Virus genome (UHGV): UHGV-0300374
DNA from: a virus
Reading direction: 5' to 3' (one strand)
Length of the DNA stretch: 64,000 bases
A program made the translations under genes and the position numbers. Positions 43,625-53,529 of the stretch are shown piece by piece; positions within the stretch are counted from its first letter, which is position 1, and each line of letters begins with the position of its first letter. The notes under the pieces are model-generated. The model did not search any database, was not told the origin of the DNA, and saw only the letters and a list, made by a program, of their open reading frames with translations.

Positions 43625-46324
43625 ATGGAAAACATAGATTTTAAAAACTTACATTTAGTTGGTGATACAGAAACTGATGGTTTACTCCTTGAGTTCACTA
43701 AAGTGCACGTAATGGCTTTCGCAGACTATAAATCTGATGATGAAGAGCCACCTGTATGGGTCTTTACAGATGAGCCTATCCTCGGTCACAAGTATACCAA
43801 GTACATCAAGGGTGGCTTACGTGAAGGTATTGAGTTTGCGTTAAAGGCAAAACGTCTTTGCATCCACAACGGTCTCGGTTATGACTGGTGGGTTTTCAAT
43901 CACATTGCACCTGATTTATGGAACTTTGATAATCCAAAGTGTAAACCGTGGAGTAATTTCTTTCAGGATTCTCTTATCCAGTCTCGTGTTCAGTGGATGG
44001 ATAGACCAACTCCAAAGGGCTATAAAGGTGCTCATGGTTTGGCTGCATGGGGTGCTCGTGTTGGTGTTCGTAAACCAGAGATTGAGCATTGGGGTGTGTG
44101 GAATGCAGAAATCTTCACTCGTGTTGTAGAAGATATACGTATTAACGCCAAAACTAAACGGGCACTTGATAACGAGTATCTCAAGCTTAAGAAGTGTGGT
44201 ATAGACACTTATGAAACTTACATGCGAGCTAAAGAAACATCTTTCTGGATGAGTCAACAAGCTATCAATGGTTGGAAAGCTGATAAAGAGCTTATGGAGT
44301 TCCATGTAAAGGAGCTTGACAAGTTGACTAATGAGCTTGCTTCAGAAGTTGAACCACATCTTCCTCCAACTATTAAGACTAAAGGTAAAGTCACTGGAGA
44401 AGAGTTTGCAAAAGCTTGGAATGAGTATGTTGAAGCATTCGGTCATACAGATGGACTGAAGAGAATCACCAAGTACCCTAAGACGAAGTACCGTCAGCAG
44501 GTACGTAACGGTGAGATGCAAACATATGAAATCAAGCCATTTGGTAAGCCAACTACAAAGATTTTTAACATTGAAAAGAGAAATTGCTATACACCAACCA
44601 ACTCTGTAACTGGTGAAGAGTACAAGGAAGGTTTTGTAGCAATGAGGGATGCTCGTGCAATTTGCAATGAGTTGAACGCAAAGATTGGTAAGAAATGCAA
44701 AGACTGGAAGCCAGTAAAAACAGTCAAAACTGTGAAGTACTATAACAGCCACGTTGTTAACCACTTTGAACTTGAGTCAAGTCGCTACACAGGTTTGATT
44801 GATGCACCATATACACCAATTGAGTTTGAAGTTTCTCGTATGACTCAGGTAGCAGTTGTTAAAGACTACTTGAAATCAGTTGGTTGGATTCCAGATGACT
44901 GGAACTACAAGAAAGACTCAGACGGTCGCCCTGTCAAAGTTTGTCGTTTCAAAGACAATAAAAAGATGATTACAAAACATCCTAAGTGGCAGGAAATGGT
45001 GGAACGATGTGGTTTAAGTTATGTTGAACATGAAGGTGTCCAGTACATTGAGCATAACTGGTCTGTGAAGAAATACACAGATTTGCTTGAGCCTTGCTTA
45101 ATCCGTACTTCACCAAAACTTACTGAATCATCTTATGATACGATTGAAGGTGAGCTTGGACAGAAGATTGCTAAATACTATACTTTGATGCACCGACGCA
45201 GAACTATTGAGAACTCAAAGGATGATGAGAAAGGTTGGCTAAACCAGATTCGTCCAGATGGTCGCCTTAGTGCTGGTGCAATGGTATTTGGTACTTCAAC
45301 TGGACGTATGACACAGTATGGTATTGTAAACGTACCGTCTGGTGCTGCTGTCTACGGGGAACCAATGAGGGCAGTGTGGATTTGTGAAGAAGGTACTAAC
45401 GTTGTCTCTGTAGACATGAACTCAGCCCAGCTAGTTCTCCTTTGCAACTTTATGGGTGACAAAGACTTCACCAAAGCTGTAACGCAAGGTAAAGAAGAGA
45501 TTGAGTTTATTCGTCAAGAAGATGGACGCTATTACTGCAAACACTTTGATGAGTATCTCAATCCAGAGATTGATAAGTACCTTCGCTATGACTCTGAGAA
45601 TGACCTTTACGTTGTCTACTCAGGGACTGATGCACACACACTGAACAGTATTTACTTTAACTTGAATGATGAGCAGGATATCTTGACTTGCCGAGCTACT
45701 CAGGATGAGAATCTTCTTCATGAGATTAGCAAGGGTCGTAAGAAAGCTAAGAATGGTATCTATGCACTGCTGTTCGGTGCAGGTGATGAGAAGTTTGCTA
45801 AGACAATTAAAGCTGCAACTACTCAGGAAGGTGCACTGACTAAACAGACTTACTTTATTCGTTTGCCTAAAATTAAGAAGCTGCTTGATGACTTGGAAGC
45901 TGACTACAAAGCAACTAAAAAGGCACTTGAAGAGGTGTTTGGTAAGACTGCTGCAATCTCTAAAGGGGGTTTTGTAAAGGTTGCTGGAGCTTGGTTGTGG
46001 TGTAAATCCCCACACAAACTGTTGAACTATCTTTTGATGGGTTCAGAGGCTCAGATTCAAAATGAGGCAATTAACCTTGCTTGTCGTCGTATGATTGACG
46101 AAGGTTTGATGAAGTTAAATGGTCGTCAACCAGCTATTGGTGCTCGTTTGCTCTGCGCATATCACGATGAGACGAGTTGGGAATGTCCAGAGAGCATGAC
46201 GACAGATGTGAAAGCAGTCACTGACTGGTATTATGGACAAGCTTCTAAAAACTTAGGTCTTAAGAAAGAAACACTTGTCACAGGTACTGGTAAGGTTGGT
46301 AAAAGCTGGCTTGAGGTACACTAA
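43625..46324 (+). CDS. DNA polymerase, family A (Pol I / T7 gp5-like) with 3'-5' exonuclease domain
   Basis: Start trimmed to ATG 43625 (RBS GAGGGAG); Exo I LVGDTETDGL; motif A VVSVDMNSAQL; motif B RKKAKNGIYALLFGAG; motif C CAYHDE; C-terminal His. Confidence 0.85.
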   Translation: MENIDFKNLHLVGDTETDGLLLEFTKVHVMAFADYKSDDEEPPVWVFTDEPILGHKYTKYIKGGLREGIEFALKAKRLCIHNGLGYDWWVFNHIAPDLWNFDNPKCKPWSNFFQDSLIQSRVQWMDRPTPKGYKGAHGLAAWGARVGVRKPEIEHWGVWNAEIFTRVVEDIRINAKTKRALDNEYLKLKKCGIDTYETYMRAKETSFWMSQQAINGWKADKELMEFHVKELDKLTNELASEVEPHLPPTIKTKGKVTGEEFAKAWNEYVEAFGHTDGLKRITKYPKTKYRQQVRNGEMQTYEIKPFGKPTTKIFNIEKRNCYTPTNSVTGEEYKEGFVAMRDARAICNELNAKIGKKCKDWKPVKTVKTVKYYNSHVVNHFELESSRYTGLIDAPYTPIEFEVSRMTQVAVVKDYLKSVGWIPDDWNYKKDSDGRPVKVCRFKDNKKMITKHPKWQEMVERCGLSYVEHEGVQYIEHNWSVKKYTDLLEPCLIRTSPKLTESSYDTIEGELGQKIAKYYTLMHRRRTIENSKDDEKGWLNQIRPDGRLSAGAMVFGTSTGRMTQYGIVNVPSGAAVYGEPMRAVWICEEGTNVVSVDMNSAQLVLLCNFMGDKDFTKAVTQGKEEIEFIRQEDGRYYCKHFDEYLNPEIDKYLRYDSENDLYVVYSGTDAHTLNSIYFNLNDEQDILTCRATQDENLLHEISKGRKKAKNGIYALLFGAGDEKFAKTIKAATTQEGALTKQTYFIRLPKIKKLLDDLEADYKATKKALEEVFGKTAAISKGGFVKVAGAWLWCKSPHKLLNYLLMGSEAQIQNEAINLACRRMIDEGLMKLNGRQPAIGARLLCAYHDETSWECPESMTTDVKAVTDWYYGQASKNLGLKKETLVTGTGKVGKSWLEVH

Positions 46325-46385
46325 TTAGTATTGACAAGGTGCTCATGGAAGAGTACCTTATACAATATCTTATATAGGAGGGCTT

Positions 46386-46595
46386 ATGAGCCACCGTGGA
46401 AGAACCCATGCAGCAATGATGAAAGGTGCTTCAAAGGAAACTATCAAAAATCGTAAGCAGAAGTTGTTTGAGAGAATGAACAGGTTAATTGACAATTCAT
46501 CTCTTTCAGGTTCTGAGAAGGTTTTCTTGAAAGGTAATCTGAAAAGTATTGCACAAGAACTTATTGACATTGAGTATTGGAGACATCAAAAATGA
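46386..46595 (+). CDS. hypothetical protein
   Basis: 69-aa ORF with AGGAGGG RBS. Confidence 0.4.
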   Translation: MSHRGRTHAAMMKGASKETIKNRKQKLFERMNRLIDNSSLSGSEKVFLKGNLKSIAQELIDIEYWRHQK

Positions 46596-46810
46596 CACTT
46601 GCAGACGTTATTCAGCAACTTCATGATAACTGCTACACTCCAGATTTAATTCAGGAGATGTCCATTGTAGTCATGCCTAGCAAGTTCGTAAAAACCTTTA
46701 ACAACGACGCTTTAAGGTCTACACACATCCTTATCGTTGACGGTAAGATTGCAAAAGACCGTACTGGAGTACTCAAAGGTGAACGTATTGATATTCTGGA
46801 GTTGCTATGA
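46592..46810 (+). CDS. hypothetical protein
   Basis: ATGA overlap with upstream stop. Confidence 0.4.
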   Translation: MTLADVIQQLHDNCYTPDLIQEMSIVVMPSKFVKTFNNDALRSTHILIVDGKIAKDRTGVLKGERIDILELL

Positions 46811-46953
46811 AGAAAATGTACAGTCTCTGGGGAAGGGTTGGTAAAGGTTTTGACTGGACACTTCTTCGTTCAAACGTTAAACGTAGTGAATTGCCAGAAC
46901 TCATCACTCACTATTTAAAAACATACAGAGAGGTAGACTATCGTGAACAATAA
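46807..46953 (+). CDS. hypothetical small protein (48 aa)
   Basis: ATGA overlap with upstream stop; below the track cut-off. Confidence 0.3.
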   Translation: MKKMYSLWGRVGKGFDWTLLRSNVKRSELPELITHYLKTYREVDYREQ

Positions 46954-47200
46954 GGTTAAGAGTTGTGTGAAAACAATGGTTGCACTTGGAGTAATTTTTC
47001 TGGCTGGCTGCAACCCTTCTTATGAAGATAAAAATGCTTCTTACAGCCTCCCACCAGAGATGCAAGATTGCAGAGTATACAAGTTACATGGTGATGCTAT
47101 AAGTAGGGATATTGTTGTGGTCAGATGTCCAAACTCTCAAACAACAACATCTTATAGCTATGGCAAAAATGGTCAATCACATACCACGGTTATTGAGTGA
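46943..47200 (+). CDS. small lipoprotein
   Basis: Signal peptide with lipobox VIFLAGC followed by a short mature domain. Confidence 0.45.
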   Translation: MNNKVKSCVKTMVALGVIFLAGCNPSYEDKNASYSLPPEMQDCRVYKLHGDAISRDIVVVRCPNSQTTTSYSYGKNGQSHTTVIE

Positions 47201-47210
47201 GGTTTTCACG

Positions 47211-47417
47211 ATGGAAGTATTAGTAAACTACATCTATCGTTATGATGTCGTTCACTCCACTACAACTGTAGCTCAACGCAATCCAATAGTTCCACGAGAA
47301 GGTGAGCTTGTTCGCATTGATGGTTGGACTTACACTGTGGAAAGCATCATTCATAAGTTTGATGTTGCTGGTGATGTTCAAGTTATCGACGTGGAAATTG
47401 GTGGTAAGAGAAAATGA
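47211..47417 (+). CDS. hypothetical protein
   Basis: Track ORF trimmed to the ATG following the lipoprotein stop. Confidence 0.35.
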   Translation: MEVLVNYIYRYDVVHSTTTVAQRNPIVPREGELVRIDGWTYTVESIIHKFDVAGDVQVIDVEIGGKRK

Positions 47418-47581
47418 AATCTAAGCAAACAATGACAGATGCAATCTTCACAGTACACAGTTTCGAAAGGTTGCACATTAAAGATGTAAAAAATACACCA
47501 AAATGCGTTGTACATTTCATTAAAAGACGTAGTGAGAGGTCTTATATAAAATCTGACACAGGCGAGAGTACAAATGGGTAA
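47414..47581 (+). CDS. hypothetical small protein (55 aa)
   Basis: ATGA overlap with upstream stop; below the track cut-off. Confidence 0.3.
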   Translation: MKSKQTMTDAIFTVHSFERLHIKDVKNTPKCVVHFIKRRSERSYIKSDTGESTNG

Positions 47582-47792
47582 AGATAATAAATTTCAGAAC
47601 GCAGTTCTTACAGAAGATGGTGAGCTTGAAACATTCATTCTTCGTGTTGATGGTAAGTTATTCCGGTGTCGTTGTGGGTCAAACTGTTTCCATAAACCAG
47701 ATAAAAACGACTTAGAGCTTTACGCATGTAATGCCTGCAACACTTGGTATCACTCAGAGGTTAAAAATGACAATTCTGTACAAACAAAATAA
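47574..47792 (+). CDS. hypothetical Cys-rich (zinc-finger-like) protein
   Basis: CRCGSNCFH...CNACNTWYH. Confidence 0.4.
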   Translation: MGKDNKFQNAVLTEDGELETFILRVDGKLFRCRCGSNCFHKPDKNDLELYACNACNTWYHSEVKNDNSVQTK

Positions 47793-48870
47793 AGATGGTT
47801 CCTTCAACGTCTGGTCATGTGTTGCTGTAGGTGACAAAGTTATCACAACCTATGGTAAAGAAAATGGCAAGATGATGTTTGAAGAGTACACAGCAGAGCC
47901 TAAGAACATCGGTAAAAAGAATGAGCGTAATGCTGAACAGCAAGCTCTCTTTGAAGTTGCTGCTAAGTATAAAAAGCAAGTTGACCGTAAAGGTTATGCT
48001 TACACAAAAGAGTCTGCACAGAATACTGAGAAGGTAGGTGTACAGCTTGCTCATGATGCTGCAAAGGTTAGTCATGCAAAGTATCTGAAGTTCCCTGCTG
48101 ATGCTCAACCAAAACTTGATGGTGTCCGTTGTAGAATTTCAAGACACTTAAGCATTGGTAGTGTATTCACAGCATACTCTCGTGAGAATACTGTTTATAA
48201 AATCCCTACTGAACTAATACCCGACATTATGGCAATGTTAAGGCTCCACAAAGATGTTGATGAATTTGATGGAGAGATTTATGCCCATGGGTGGGACTTA
48301 GAAGATATTGTCTCCATGATTAAAAATGAAGACAATCCTGACAGACACCTGCTCAAGTTTTACTGGTATGATATTTGTGACAGCACTAAGACGTGGCCTG
48401 AGCGTAGAGATATTATTGAGACTTCACCATTGAATGACTTTAGAGATGGCTGTAGGGTTGTTCCTGTTAAGTCTCGTCGTGTAAATTCTTGGGAAGAGTT
48501 TGATGAAGCTCATGATAAGTGGGTTGAAGCTAAGTTTGAAGGTGCAATGTACCGTTCAATCTCTGAAGAATCTTTCTACGAGTGTTGTCACCGTTCATAC
48601 TTCTTGATTAAGCACAAGAAGATGCACACTGAAGAGTTTAAAGTGACTGGTGTAAAGACTGATAAGCGTGGTCATGGTAAGTTCGTTGTAGAGACTCTTC
48701 CTAACGTCTTTGTAGATGTTTCATGGAAAACTACTCATGAGAAGAAACAGTATCTTGCTGAGCATCCTGAAGAATTTATCGGGAAACCTTTAACGGTTCA
48801 GTTCCAGAAGATGACTCGTAAAGGTTCTTTACAGTTTCCTGTAGGGCTAGTTATTAGGGATTATGAGTAA
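47767..48870 (+). CDS. ATP-dependent DNA ligase
   Basis: Motif I KLDGVRC (KxDGxR adenylation lysine); start chosen at ATG 47767, uncertain. Confidence 0.7.
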   Translation: MTILYKQNKDGSFNVWSCVAVGDKVITTYGKENGKMMFEEYTAEPKNIGKKNERNAEQQALFEVAAKYKKQVDRKGYAYTKESAQNTEKVGVQLAHDAAKVSHAKYLKFPADAQPKLDGVRCRISRHLSIGSVFTAYSRENTVYKIPTELIPDIMAMLRLHKDVDEFDGEIYAHGWDLEDIVSMIKNEDNPDRHLLKFYWYDICDSTKTWPERRDIIETSPLNDFRDGCRVVPVKSRRVNSWEEFDEAHDKWVEAKFEGAMYRSISEESFYECCHRSYFLIKHKKMHTEEFKVTGVKTDKRGHGKFVVETLPNVFVDVSWKTTHEKKQYLAEHPEEFIGKPLTVQFQKMTRKGSLQFPVGLVIRDYE

Positions 48871-48873
48871 ACT

Positions 48874-49020
48874 ATGTTCAGTACAGTCATTCTATTTATA
48901 CTGGTTGTCTTTGTATTGTCATACGTTGCAAGTAAGCTTTTGGACACATCTTTTGCAATGGGTGTCTTGTTTACAATCTTTTGTTTCGTGACGCATATAG
49001 CTATCAGAACTTTTTTATAA
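48874..49020 (+). CDS. hypothetical small hydrophobic membrane protein (48 aa)
   Basis: MFSTVILFILVVFVLSYVASKLL...MGVLFTIFCFVTHIAI; two hydrophobic segments; below the track cut-off. Confidence 0.3.
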   Translation: MFSTVILFILVVFVLSYVASKLLDTSFAMGVLFTIFCFVTHIAIRTFL

Positions 49021-49026
49021 AAGTTG

Positions 49027-49054
49027 TTGACATAGAAAATTTGGTGAGTATACT
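49027..49054 (+). promoter_or_regulatory. sigma70-type promoter (TTGACA-N16-TATACT)
   Basis: Perfect -35 at 49027-49032 and -10 TATACT at 49049-49054. Confidence 0.55.
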
Positions 49055-49087
49055 GAGCATCATAAACCAACGGGTACTCACCAGCAT

Positions 49088-49330
49088 CACTTAAGAGTCT
49101 TTGAAAAGGGTTTTTAAGTGATGTAATGCGTGGCTCGGTGCAGTGAAGTATGGTGGGGTAGGGTATAATATGGTGCGGTAATGTATGGGTAGTTAGTCTC
49201 AGCTACATTAAAATGAGACTTACCTTTTTAAAAGGTCTTTGGAGAGGGTCTTTTAATAAGGTCTGGTGTAGTAGGGTTGGGCATGGTACGGTCCGGTGTG
49301 GTGTGGCACGGTATGGGTGGATGGTAGTAG
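49088..49330 (+). repeat. GT-rich repeat unit copy 1 (hairpins plus degenerate GGTNN pentamer blocks)
   Basis: cacttaagagtctttgaaaagggtttttaagtg hairpin, GT-rich block, gggtagttagtctcagctacattaaaatgagact hairpin, aaaaggtcttt...gggtcttttaataagg, second GT-rich block; recurs at 50480-50865. Confidence 0.6.
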
Positions 49331-49406
49331 CCACGTTAAAAATCTACCAAGTTTCTAAAGAGTCTTCTGTTGAGGGTTCTTTACAAACAACTTAACAATC
49401 AACTAA

Positions 49407-50012
<606 letters not shown>

Positions 50013-50014
50013 TT

Positions 50015-50455
50015 ATGAATACAAAAGCATTAGCAGCAAAGTTTAGTTACGGTGACACTGTATCACATTCTGAGATGGATACCTTCTTAGGTATTGTGAA
50101 ACCAACTTATCAAGGTGACATTGTTAAGTACGAAGATGAAATGAAGGCTTATGCGCTTACACGTCTAAACCGACTTGAGAAGTTTATTGAGAAGCTTCTT
50201 AAAGAAGAGAAGATTTATCTGGTTGCTTCAATGGGTGTTGGTTATCGTGTGGTTGAACCTAAGCATCAAGCAACTATTGCAAAACGTAAAATGTCTGGTA
50301 AGATTGGTCGCGCTTTAAAGCAAGCCACTCAAGCGATTGAGAATGTGAACACTATGGCACTTAGCCATCAAGAACGTTCACGACTAATTGAACAGCAAAA
50401 CCATTTAGCTGCTATGAAAGCTAACATTAACAAGCAACGTAGAAAACCTTTCTAA
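50015..50455 (+). CDS. hypothetical protein
   Basis: 146-aa ORF. Confidence 0.45.
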   Translation: MNTKALAAKFSYGDTVSHSEMDTFLGIVKPTYQGDIVKYEDEMKAYALTRLNRLEKFIEKLLKEEKIYLVASMGVGYRVVEPKHQATIAKRKMSGKIGRALKQATQAIENVNTMALSHQERSRLIEQQNHLAAMKANINKQRRKPF

Positions 50456-50466
50456 GTTGACTAGGT

Positions 50467-50490
50467 AGCCTCTTCGGAGGCTCCTTTTTA
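50467..50490 (+). terminator. rho-independent terminator
   Basis: AGCCTC-TTCG-GAGGCT followed by CCTTTTTA. Confidence 0.6.
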
Positions 50491-50865
50491 AAAGGTCTTT
50501 AAACAGGGTCTTTTAATAAGGTTTAGCTAGGTGGGGTCAGGTCAGGTTAGGTGCGGTATGGTATGGGTAGTTAATCGGAGCTACATTAAAATTCGATTAC
50601 ATCACTTAAGAGTCTTTTAAAAGGGTTTTTAAGTGAGGTGTGGTAAGGCGCGGTTAGGTATGGCGCGGTCAGGTCAGGTGAGGTTTGGTGAGGGTAGTTA
50701 GTCTCAACTACATTAAAATGAGACTCACCTTTTTAAAAGGTCTTTAAAGAGGGTCTTTTAATAAGGCGGGGTACGGCTCGGTCTGGTTGTGTGATGTTCG
50801 GCTTGGTTAGGTAATGTATGGAAGGATGGCAGTAGCCTTATAAAAAATCTGCCAAATAAGCTATA
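50480..50865 (+). repeat. GT-rich repeat unit copies 2 and 3
   Basis: Same conserved hairpin/spacer words as 49088-49330, with sequence-divergent but compositionally similar GGTNN blocks. Confidence 0.6.
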
Positions 50866-50872
50866 AAATCTG

Positions 50873-50901
50873 TTGACAAGTCAGGTGTTATAGCTTATTT
50901 T
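50873..50901 (+). promoter_or_regulatory. possible sigma70-type promoter (TTGACA-N17-TATTTT)
   Basis: -35 TTGACA at 50873-50878; weak -10. Confidence 0.35.
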
Positions 50902-50945
50902 TATACTCAATGTAATACAAAATTCAATATAACTTTGAGGTCATT

Positions 50946-51329
50946 ATGAAAAAGATTTTATTAGCTGCTGCAATGGTTATGGCAATGAATTTACCAGTCA
51001 ATGCAACAGAACTCCCAAATGTGGACTTGTCAGGTGTTCCAGAAGATACTTGCCAGATTGTAAAAGGTGTTGCTCTAGCTAATGGTGAGCTACTGAAACC
51101 AATCTCTGAAGAGTCTTTGACAGAGATGACTGATAAGGTGACTGACTATCAATATCGCGTTCTTGCAGAGTATTTCCTGCAATCTGCAAATATTAAAGAG
51201 AAACACCATGATGATATTGATGTACAGGCGATGCTCAATCATCGTATCCAGTTTAAAGAAGATTTGATGCAAAAAGCTATGTACGGTGTTGAGTATTTCT
51301 TAGAAAACAGAAGCTGCACAGGTATTTGA
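50946..51329 (+). CDS. hypothetical secreted/periplasmic protein (signal peptide)
   Basis: N-terminal MKKILLAAAMVMAMNLPVNA. Confidence 0.45.
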   Translation: MKKILLAAAMVMAMNLPVNATELPNVDLSGVPEDTCQIVKGVALANGELLKPISEESLTEMTDKVTDYQYRVLAEYFLQSANIKEKHHDDIDVQAMLNHRIQFKEDLMQKAMYGVEYFLENRSCTGI

Positions 51330-51330
51330 T

Positions 51331-51543
51331 ATGGCTCTTAAAAAGTTACATCCCAGAAGCGGTTATGGTAAGATAATTGACGATACAGACGGCTTTACAG
51401 TCTTTACAGTTATCTGTCAAGATGATTCACAGATTGAAAAGGCTCTTGATGATTATCTTAACGATGAACGTGAAAAGGTTAGGGCTACAAACATAGATTC
51501 ATTGATTGACACTTCACGCAAACGGAAGAAGAAAGATGAATGA
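51331..51543 (+). CDS. hypothetical protein
   Basis: 70-aa ORF. Confidence 0.35.
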   Translation: MALKKLHPRSGYGKIIDDTDGFTVFTVICQDDSQIEKALDDYLNDEREKVRATNIDSLIDTSRKRKKKDE

Positions 51544-51835
51544 AGCTTTTAACCCTTATGCTCCACAAGATGATTGGGAGGCTGATAGAGAGGCTGAAAT
51601 GGAGAGTTATATTTGTCCAATGGATGTAGACGAAATGAGAGACTTCGTTGCACATCGTTTTAAGAGAGAGATTAAATCCAGAGGTCTTTCTCAAGAGCAA
51701 GTTGCTAAAATTTGTGGCATCTCTCAAGCTCGTGTATCCAACATAATCCACCTCACTGGTAATGTTTCCCTTGAGTATATGTTGGAAGTATGTGAAAAAT
51801 TTGGTGTTAATTTTAATTTAAGGTTGGCAGATTAA
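51536..51835 (+). CDS. hypothetical helix-turn-helix DNA-binding protein
   Basis: LSQEQVAKICGISQARVSNIIH HTH-like segment; start trimmed to ATG 51536. Confidence 0.4.
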   Translation: MNEAFNPYAPQDDWEADREAEMESYICPMDVDEMRDFVAHRFKREIKSRGLSQEQVAKICGISQARVSNIIHLTGNVSLEYMLEVCEKFGVNFNLRLAD

Positions 51836-51836
51836 T

Positions 51837-52196
51837 ATGAAACGTGAAAACATTATCCACTCTGAAAACTTCGCATTAGGCTTTTATGGTGTCCCTACTC
51901 ACCTTGAAAAGTATTATGGTGTGAAGATTCTCTCCAATCTCATTATGGCTTACAAAGATGGTAAGATTAAGCATACTGAGAAGAAACGTGTCATGGGCTA
52001 TATGGCTGTTGGTTCAGCAATCTCGAACATTAAGTTGGAAACAACTAGCAGTCAGATTGTAAAAGACCACTTCATCAAAGAGCTTTACCAAAATCTTGAT
52101 GGTGTAGATGTTCAGGCTGTTTGGCTAGATGTTGATGGTCACAACTACACAAGTTTCGTTTTCAAAAACGATGACATTAAGTGTCTGTTCCCATAA
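51837..52196 (+). CDS. hypothetical protein
   Basis: 119-aa ORF. Confidence 0.4.
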   Translation: MKRENIIHSENFALGFYGVPTHLEKYYGVKILSNLIMAYKDGKIKHTEKKRVMGYMAVGSAISNIKLETTSSQIVKDHFIKELYQNLDGVDVQAVWLDVDGHNYTSFVFKNDDIKCLFP

Positions 52197-52209
52197 TAGG
52201 TGATTAACG

Positions 52210-52725
52210 ATGATTGATATCTACTTACAAGATGCTCATGCAGATTTCCTTAAAGAGATGCTTAAAAAGTTTATGGCTTCACAGTATGAGAATGAAGCAT
52301 CTTTTAAAATAGTTACATGTGGTGACGAAGCTGGTTTTGTTGAGATTGAACATGAAGGTACTGGAAAGACTGTTTGTAAGCTACCTGATAGCATGTTCTC
52401 TAAAACGTTCTTAACAAAGACTAGTATAAATGTTAAGCTTGTTCCTCAGATTGAAACATACTCTGGTACAGATTACCCTAAAGGCTTCAAGTCACTGATG
52501 AAACACTTCTTAGATGACTTTGTGAGTAATCTTCTAAGTGAGGTAACAGAAAGCCGTACAATATTAACTGTAGAGAATATAGGGAACACTATCAGGGTTA
52601 CTTCTGACCGATATTCTATGAGCCTCTTCGACTTTGTACCTAAGAACTTTGATGGTATTCTGGATGAAGAAGATGACTGTGTAGACTTTATATTGGTTCT
52701 TGAACCAGTTTTTGAGGTTAAATAG
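52210..52725 (+). CDS. hypothetical protein
   Basis: 171-aa ORF. Confidence 0.4.
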   Translation: MIDIYLQDAHADFLKEMLKKFMASQYENEASFKIVTCGDEAGFVEIEHEGTGKTVCKLPDSMFSKTFLTKTSINVKLVPQIETYSGTDYPKGFKSLMKHFLDDFVSNLLSEVTESRTILTVENIGNTIRVTSDRYSMSLFDFVPKNFDGILDEEDDCVDFILVLEPVFEVK

Positions 52726-52986
52726 ATGAAAATTGAACACTGCTATGAGTCTGATGGAACACCTATCCGATGTCCACATTGTGGGTGTACAGACTTACAA
52801 GGTGAGGTAAGTGAAATAGTCAACGGTCATATTGCTGAAGAGAGTACAAGGTGTACAGGATGTAATGAAATCATTGCTTTCTGGGCTTATGGTTCATACC
52901 AACCTACACCACACTTAATCTACCATAGCAATAAAGCTGTGAAGAGTGTTATCAACTGGTTCATTAAGAAAGGATTTACAAAATGA
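52726..52986 (+). CDS. hypothetical zinc-ribbon protein
   Basis: CPHCGC...CTGCNE. Confidence 0.4.
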   Translation: MKIEHCYESDGTPIRCPHCGCTDLQGEVSEIVNGHIAEESTRCTGCNEIIAFWAYGSYQPTPHLIYHSNKAVKSVINWFIKKGFTK

Positions 52987-53528
52987 TTAAATTAATCTTT
53001 GCAAGTGGTGAAAATGGGGAGTTTGGTACTCCAACTGGTATGCCGTGGCCTCGACATAAACAGGATATGCAAGAGTTTAAGAGACTCACTAAAGATAACT
53101 TAGTAGTAATGGGTAATGAGACTTTTAAGACTCTGGGTAGCAAACCATTACCAGAACGTACAAACCTCGTCTTAACGAACTCTGTTCCATATTTGGGTAT
53201 AGACTTTGACAAAGATGATGTAATGTATGCTAAGGCCAGTAAAGAATCCTTTGGAGCATTTTTGAAGTATCTTGATAGCTCTATTGATGAAGATGTCTTT
53301 GTAATTGGTGGCGCAGGTGTCCTTGTCAATGCTTTACCATATGCTGATGTAGTGTTCCATACTGTTTTCCATAAAGTTACTGAAGAGGTCACTGTACATT
53401 TACCTTTTGAAAACTTCTTTGAGAAGCTGTATGATAACCGTGTATTTGCAAAGGTGCAGTCAAGACCCTCAGATGATGGTAAAGCAACCTTTGAGATTTA
53501 TGTTCCACAAGTAAAAGGACACTTTTGA
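52983..53528 (+). CDS. frd: dihydrofolate reductase
   Basis: N-terminus MIKLIFASGENGEFGTPTGMPWP typical of DHFR; precedes thymidylate synthase as in T-even phages. Confidence 0.8.
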   Translation: MIKLIFASGENGEFGTPTGMPWPRHKQDMQEFKRLTKDNLVVMGNETFKTLGSKPLPERTNLVLTNSVPYLGIDFDKDDVMYAKASKESFGAFLKYLDSSIDEDVFVIGGAGVLVNALPYADVVFHTVFHKVTEEVTVHLPFENFFEKLYDNRVFAKVQSRPSDDGKATFEIYVPQVKGHF

Positions 53529-53529
53529 T

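Noticed and set aside
43625-46324. T4 gp43-type family B DNA polymerase
   Set aside because: Motifs A, B and C and the C-terminal histidine are family A (Pol I/T7 gp5-like), with none of the family B motifs.
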